Shown here in pieces: positions 27,623 to 32,000 of a stretch of 32,000 bases of DNA. The notes under the pieces are model-generated. The model was not told the origin of the DNA. It saw only the letters and a program-made list of their open reading frames with translations, and did not search any database. This DNA comes from Allobaculum fili (GTDB lineage Bacteria; Bacillota_I; Bacilli_A; Erysipelotrichales; Erysipelotrichaceae): contig NZ_JAHDSX010000001.1 in assembly GCF_020969955.1 (NCBI RefSeq), positions 30,001 through 62,000 of the forward strand. The letters are read 5' to 3'. The stretch's first letter is position 1; each line of letters starts with the position of its first letter. The position numbers and the translations under genes are program-made.

Positions 27623-28945
27623 ATGAAAAACTGGCAGAAATTTGCTGCTGCTGCGCTTGCAGGCTCCATGCTCCTGGCTGGATGCGGCGACGGCGGAGAA
27701 ACTGCTGATGCTTCCAAAGCTTCTGGCGACGGATCCAAAGGTTCCGTGTATTATCTGAACTTCAAACCAGAAGCAGACAAAGCCTGGCAGGAACTCGCTA
27801 AGAAGTATACTGACGAAACGGGTGTAGACGTAAAAGTAGTTACTGCAGCCAGCGGCAACTACGAAACAACCTTGATGTCGGAAATGGGCAAGAGCGGCGC
27901 TCCAACGCTGTTCCAGGTCAATGGTCCAGTCGGCCTGAAAAACTGGGAAGACTATGCATACAACCTGTATGACACTCCAGTATTCGATCAGCTGACCAGC
28001 GACAGCTACGCTCTGTACATCGGCGACAAAGCAGACAACGATGTAGCTGCGATCGCCTATGCGATTGAATCCTACGGCATTATCGTCAACACTGAACTGC
28101 TCGAAAAGGCAGGCCACTCCGTTGACGAAATCACAAGCTTCGAAACTCTGAAAAACGTTGCAGACGATATCCAGTCCCGCAAGGACGAACTCGGATTCTC
28201 CGCCTTCTCCTCTGCAGGCATGGACGGATCTTCCGACTGGCGTTTCAAAACGCACCTGGCCAACATGCCGATCTACTTCGAATACAAAGATGACGGCGTA
28301 ACGGACAAGGACGAACTGAAGGGCACTTATCTCGATAATTACCGCGATATCTTCGATCTGTACATCACAGATTCCACAACCGAAGGAAAAGACCTCGCTT
28401 CCAAGACGATGGACGATTCCGAACGTGAATTTCTGAACGGCGAAGCCGTATTCTTCCAGAACGGTTCCTGGGAATACACAAACCTGATTGACGGCGGCAT
28501 GACTGACGATCAGCTGACGATGATCCCAATTTATATCGGTGCCGGCGACGAAGCCAACCAGGGCCTGTCCACAGGTACGGAAAACTACTGGGTAGTCAAC
28601 AAGGAAGCTTCCGCTGACGATATCCAGGCTACGCTCGACTTCATGAACTGGCTGGTTACTACTGACGAAGGAACCACATTCATGGCGGACGATCTTGGCC
28701 TGACCATCCCGTTCAAGGATGCAAAACCAAGCCCGAACATCTTCGTTCAGGAAGACATTAAGCTGACGGAAGAAGGCAAGACACCAGTATCCTGGAACTT
28801 CACAACCATGCCTTCCGAAGAATGGAAGAACACTCTGGGTTCTGCTCTGACCGCTTACGCAGCAGATCCAACCGATGCCAACTGGGAGAAGGTAAAAGAA
28901 GCCTTCACTGTTGACTGGAAAAACGAAAAAGAACTTGCCAAATAG
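27623..28945 (+). CDS. Carbohydrate ABC transporter substrate-binding lipoprotein (family 1 SBP)
   Basis: Lipobox LLAGC followed by a Gly/Asp-rich linker. The 440-aa length and motif pattern are typical of CUT1 sugar binding proteins. SD AAGGAGG lies upstream. Confidence 0.88.
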   Translation: MKNWQKFAAAALAGSMLLAGCGDGGETADASKASGDGSKGSVYYLNFKPEADKAWQELAKKYTDETGVDVKVVTAASGNYETTLMSEMGKSGAPTLFQVNGPVGLKNWEDYAYNLYDTPVFDQLTSDSYALYIGDKADNDVAAIAYAIESYGIIVNTELLEKAGHSVDEITSFETLKNVADDIQSRKDELGFSAFSSAGMDGSSDWRFKTHLANMPIYFEYKDDGVTDKDELKGTYLDNYRDIFDLYITDSTTEGKDLASKTMDDSEREFLNGEAVFFQNGSWEYTNLIDGGMTDDQLTMIPIYIGAGDEANQGLSTGTENYWVVNKEASADDIQATLDFMNWLVTTDEGTTFMADDLGLTIPFKDAKPSPNIFVQEDIKLTEEGKTPVSWNFTTMPSEEWKNTLGSALTAYAADPTDANWEKVKEAFTVDWKNEKELAK

Positions 28946-29037
28946 CCGCTGATCCGGATTGGCGATTCAGCAGTGCCTGAAGACCTCTTGCACAGGCTTC
29001 AGGAAAATCCAGGTGCCTGCTGATCCGGGCACCTGAG

Positions 29038-29085
29038 CAGCGCAGCCGGAAAACCTGTTTTTACCGTCTGCGCTGTTTTTGCTTT
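29038..29085 (+). terminator. Intra-operon terminator/attenuator after the binding-protein gene
   Basis: 8-bp stem cagcgcag / ctgcgctg followed by tttttgcttt. Two further hairpins precede it (28976-29003, 29010-29035). Confidence 0.6.
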
Positions 29086-29359
29086 CTGTTCACCCTGTTC
29101 AAAAAGAGCAGCGTGCTTCAGAAAATAAAATTATTGAAATACCCGCTTCTCTCTGGCCTGTTTCGCTCGAAACGGGACGCAGAAGAAGCTGTGCATAAAA
29201 CAAAATCAACAAAATTAAAAAGAAACGCTTTGCTTTTCTGTCGGATCCATCCGCTCCCTGAACGCTTCTCATTCTCATTCCGCTTAGCCGGGATAAGGAG
29301 AAGGCAGGGAAGGATGGTTTCCGTACAGGAAACGAATTCTGTCCTTTTATGGCAAGCGT

Positions 29360-29373
29360 TTGAAACGTTTACA
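29360..29373. promoter_or_regulatory. Candidate cre/LacI-family operator upstream of permease genes
   Basis: TTGAAACGTTTACA. The right half CGTTTACA fits the cre/LacI palindrome perfectly, the left half has 2 mismatches, and there is a central 8-bp perfect palindrome AAACGTTT. It lies 34 nt before the permease ATG. Confidence 0.35.
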
Positions 29374-29406
29374 TAGAGGACTTGCAGTAAAGAATAGGAG
29401 CAGCTT

Positions 29407-30258
29407 ATGGAAAAAGCGTTAAAGAAATACGGCTGGATCTTCGTGCTGCCTACCCTGATCGCATTTACGATTGGATTTATCGTCCCCTTCTTTGAAGGTC
29501 TCTATCTTTCCTTCTGTAAATTCACGACCGTAGGCAATGCGAAATTCATCGGTTTTGGCAACTACGTCAGCGCCCTGACGGACGCCCAGTTCCTTCGCTC
29601 TGCCGGATTTACCATCGCCGTGACGGTGGTCAACATCCTCGCCATCAACATTCTCGCCTTCGCTCTGGCTATGGCACTGACCCAGAAGCTTAAAGGTACG
29701 AACTTCTTCCGTACCGTCTTCTTCATGCCAAACCTGATCGGCGGTATCGTTCTTGGCTACATCTGGCAGATTCTGATCAACGGTGTCCTCTCCATCGCGG
29801 TTCAGCCTTTGCTGAAACTGAACGGCACAGCCGGCTACTGGGGCATCATCATCCTGATGTGCTGGCAGCAGATCGGCTACATGATGATCATTTACATCGC
29901 CGGACTGCAGAACGTCCCCGATGACCTCGTCGAAGCCGCCAGGATTGACGGCGCGACCGACTGGCAGATTCTCTGGAAAGTCAAAATTCCGATGATGATG
30001 CCGTCCATTACGATCTGTGTCTTCCTGACACTGACCAACTCGCTGAAACTGTTCGACCAGAACCTGGCTCTGACCAACGGCGATCCAAACCATTTAACCG
30101 AAATGCTCGCGCTGAACATTTACCGCACCTTCTACGGCCGTTCCGGCCCGCAGTGGAAAGGTATCGGCCAGGCTAAGTCGGTTATCTTCTCGATTGCTGT
30201 TATTCTGATCGGCTTCTGGCAGCTGAAAGCCACAAGAAGCAAGGAGGTACAGGCATGA
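29407..30258 (+). CDS. Carbohydrate ABC transporter permease (MalF/CUT1 type)
   Basis: Six TM spans. The EAA loop is VPDDLVEAARIDGATDWQILWKVKIPMM. SD taggag lies upstream. Confidence 0.9.
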   Translation: MEKALKKYGWIFVLPTLIAFTIGFIVPFFEGLYLSFCKFTTVGNAKFIGFGNYVSALTDAQFLRSAGFTIAVTVVNILAINILAFALAMALTQKLKGTNFFRTVFFMPNLIGGIVLGYIWQILINGVLSIAVQPLLKLNGTAGYWGIIILMCWQQIGYMMIIYIAGLQNVPDDLVEAARIDGATDWQILWKVKIPMMMPSITICVFLTLTNSLKLFDQNLALTNGDPNHLTEMLALNIYRTFYGRSGPQWKGIGQAKSVIFSIAVILIGFWQLKATRSKEVQA

Positions 30259-31106
30259 GTGACGCAAAACGTAAAAGTTCCGCAAAAGAGGTCTGCCTCT
30301 TTATTCTCATGGTCGTACTGGCCGTTCTGTGGATTTACCCGGTTTTCATGATTCTCGTCAACTCTCTGAAAGTGGAGAGTGCCATTACGACAAGCAGCGT
30401 CTTTGACCTGCCGAACGCCGCGCAGTTTGCGGGCTTCGCCAACTATTCCGAAGCAATCAATTCGCAGGGATTCCTCGTTTCGCTTGGCTATTCCACGCTG
30501 ATTACCATCACCTCGGTTCTCGCAATTATTATCTGCTGTTCGATGTGTGCCTGGTATATCACCCGCGTTCATACCAAGTTCAACAACTTCCTGTACTACC
30601 TGTTCGTATTCTCGATGGTTGTACCGTTTCAGATGGTTATGTTCACCCTTTCGCAGACGGCGGACATGCTCAAACTGAACAACCCGTTCAACATCTGGGT
30701 CATCTATCTTGGCTTTGGTGCCGGTCTGGCGGTCTTCATGTTCGCCGGCTTCGTAAAATCCATTCCGGTGGAAATTGAAGAAGCGGCCATGATCGACGGC
30801 TGTACCCCGCTCCAGACGTTCTTCAAAGTCGTTATGCCGATTCTGAAACCGACGATGGTTTCCGTTACGATTCTGCAGGCGATGTGGATCTGGAACGACT
30901 ACCTTCTGCCGACTCTGGTTCTGGATATCACGAAATACAAAACCATCCCGATGCTGATTCAGTACTTCCGCGGAAGCTACGGAAAAGTATCGATGGGTCC
31001 GATGATGGCCTCCATCATCATGACGATCATCCCGATTATCATCGTTTACATTCTTGGTCAGAAACACATCATCAAGGGTGTAGCCGCCGGTGCCGTCAAA
31101 GGCTAA
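30255..31106 (+). CDS. Carbohydrate ABC transporter permease (MalG/CUT1 type)
   Basis: The EAA loop is IPVEIEEAAMIDGCTPLQTFFKVVMPIL. ATGA start/stop overlap with the upstream permease. SD aaggagg lies upstream. Confidence 0.9.
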   Translation: MSDAKRKSSAKEVCLFILMVVLAVLWIYPVFMILVNSLKVESAITTSSVFDLPNAAQFAGFANYSEAINSQGFLVSLGYSTLITITSVLAIIICCSMCAWYITRVHTKFNNFLYYLFVFSMVVPFQMVMFTLSQTADMLKLNNPFNIWVIYLGFGAGLAVFMFAGFVKSIPVEIEEAAMIDGCTPLQTFFKVVMPILKPTMVSVTILQAMWIWNDYLLPTLVLDITKYKTIPMLIQYFRGSYGKVSMGPMMASIIMTIIPIIIVYILGQKHIIKGVAAGAVKG

Positions 31107-32000
31107 AGCGACCGTCAAAGATCTCGCCCGTCTTTCCGGCTGGTCTTTAGGCACAGTCTCCCGGGTGCTCAACCGCGCTCCGGGCGTCAGTGAAAAGGCC
31201 GTCGCGGATGTAGAAAGAGCGATTGCCGTCAGCGGCTTTGTTCGCAATGACCGGGCTTCGGCCCTGCGCCGCAAGGAAAAATCCGGCGTTCTCATTCTGG
31301 TGCACAGCCAGCCGTTCCCGTATTATCAGACGCTCGCTGAGCGTGTGAAAAGCCGGCTGGAAGGCCATAAGGAAATGGAACGCAAGCCCCTGACTCTGAT
31401 GGAGCTTTCCGCACAGGCAGGGGAAGATGAAATTCTTACGCGCATCGAGCAGACCAGCTGCGAATTGGTCATTGTGATCGGTGCCTCTCGACAGATGCTG
31501 ATGCATATTCATGGCCGGATTAAAATTCCGGCCATTTATTTCAGCGGGGATCTTTCCTCTCTGGACGCCAGCAGAACCGCCTGCTTCTTTTTGCCGATTA
31601 CCGAAATCGCCCAGCAGTGCACGGAGCTTCTTTTCGAAAACGGATGCCGCAGGATCGGCATTTTGTACGCCGACCGCGAAAATTCGATCGAAAGCGCGGA
31701 TTTCATTCTCGGTGTGCAGTACGCCTTCTATTCACGGAATCAGGTCTTTTCCCTGCAAAAGCAGGGCGTCTGCTGCACGTGTTCGAAAAATGCGGGCTAT
31801 GCCGGCCTGAAAGAACTCGTCTGGCAGATGCCGGATCTGGACGGCCTGCTCGTTTTTGAAGAAAACATGGCGCTTGGCGCGCTTCGCGCCGCGCAGGATC
31901 TTGGCTATGTTCCAGGAGAAAAGCTGAAGGTGATCACCCTGGCGCAGAGCGATCTTTGCGACTATGCCTGTCCAAGGCTTAGCGCGGCAAGACGGGATCT
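31090..32000 (+). CDS. LacI-family transcriptional regulator, 3'-truncated by window edge (not in ORF track)
   Basis: Hand translation of frame 1 from GTG 31090 gives MPSKAKATVKDLARLSGWSLGTVSRVLNRAPGVSEKAVADVERAIAVSGFVRNDRASALRR followed by a periplasmic-binding-fold body (GVLILVH..., RRIGILYAD..., LDGLLVFEENMALGALRAAQDLGYVPGEKLKVI). An in-frame stop at 31081 leaves GTG 31090 as the only upstream start. The gene overlaps the permease end by 17 nt, and there is no stop before 32000. Confidence 0.85.
   Translation, partial: MPSKAKATVKDLARLSGWSLGTVSRVLNRAPGVSEKAVADVERAIAVSGFVRNDRASALRRKEKSGVLILVHSQPFPYYQTLAERVKSRLEGHKEMERKPLTLMELSAQAGEDEILTRIEQTSCELVIVIGASRQMLMHIHGRIKIPAIYFSGDLSSLDASRTACFFLPITEIAQQCTELLFENGCRRIGILYADRENSIESADFILGVQYAFYSRNQVFSLQKQGVCCTCSKNAGYAGLKELVWQMPDLDGLLVFEENMALGALRAAQDLGYVPGEKLKVITLAQSDLCDYACPRLSAARRD

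Noticed and set aside
29113-29376. 87-aa ORF inside the sugar-operon spacer.
   Set aside because: No SD, a basic low-complexity translation, and overlap with the candidate operator. More likely non-coding.

Overview
This window reads as ordinary chromosomal DNA from a Bacillota-type (Gram-positive, possibly Erysipelotrichia-like) bacterium, roughly 50% G+C by eye. I support 27 protein-coding genes. I recognised no rRNA, tRNA, CRISPR array, transposase, integrase or phage gene. The best-anchored locus is the class I heat-shock operon hrcA-grpE-dnaK-dnaJ (15.9-20.8 kb). It has a sigmaA-type promoter and a CIRCE operator, and it is followed by a second, zinc-finger-less J-protein. The other genes are as follows.
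- Enzymes: a 5'-truncated class I/II aminotransferase, malQ, lon, pgeF/yfiH, and a type-1 idi.
- Regulators: a small XRE-type regulator in an AT-rich pocket, an HxlR-type regulator divergent from lon, a TetR regulator, and a MerR/GyrI-like regulator.
- Envelope or uncharacterised proteins: a DUF308/HdeD membrane protein, a DUF1643 protein, a co-oriented pair of membrane-anchored exo-enzymes (CapA family plus YvpB/C39-like cysteine peptidase), a membrane-anchored NERD-like protein, and a polytopic membrane protein.
- Transport: two EamA/DMT transporters (one with two highly similar halves), an orphan OpuAC-type lipoprotein, and a sugar ABC cluster (binding protein, two permeases). The cluster ends in a LacI-family regulator that is absent from the ORF track (GTG start, runs off the window).

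I do not see a convincing new multi-gene system such as a defence, toxin or mobile module. The best leads are modest.
- The CapA/C39 exo-enzyme pair.
- The tandem J-proteins.
- A 760-bp ORF-free gap with an orphan minus-strand terminator.
- A 12-bp tandem repeat running across the stop codons of an EamA gene.
- An unusually long structured spacer that splits the sugar ABC operon.

All coordinates were derived by hand from the printed sequence. Start codons were refined from the ORF track using Shine-Dalgarno spacing.
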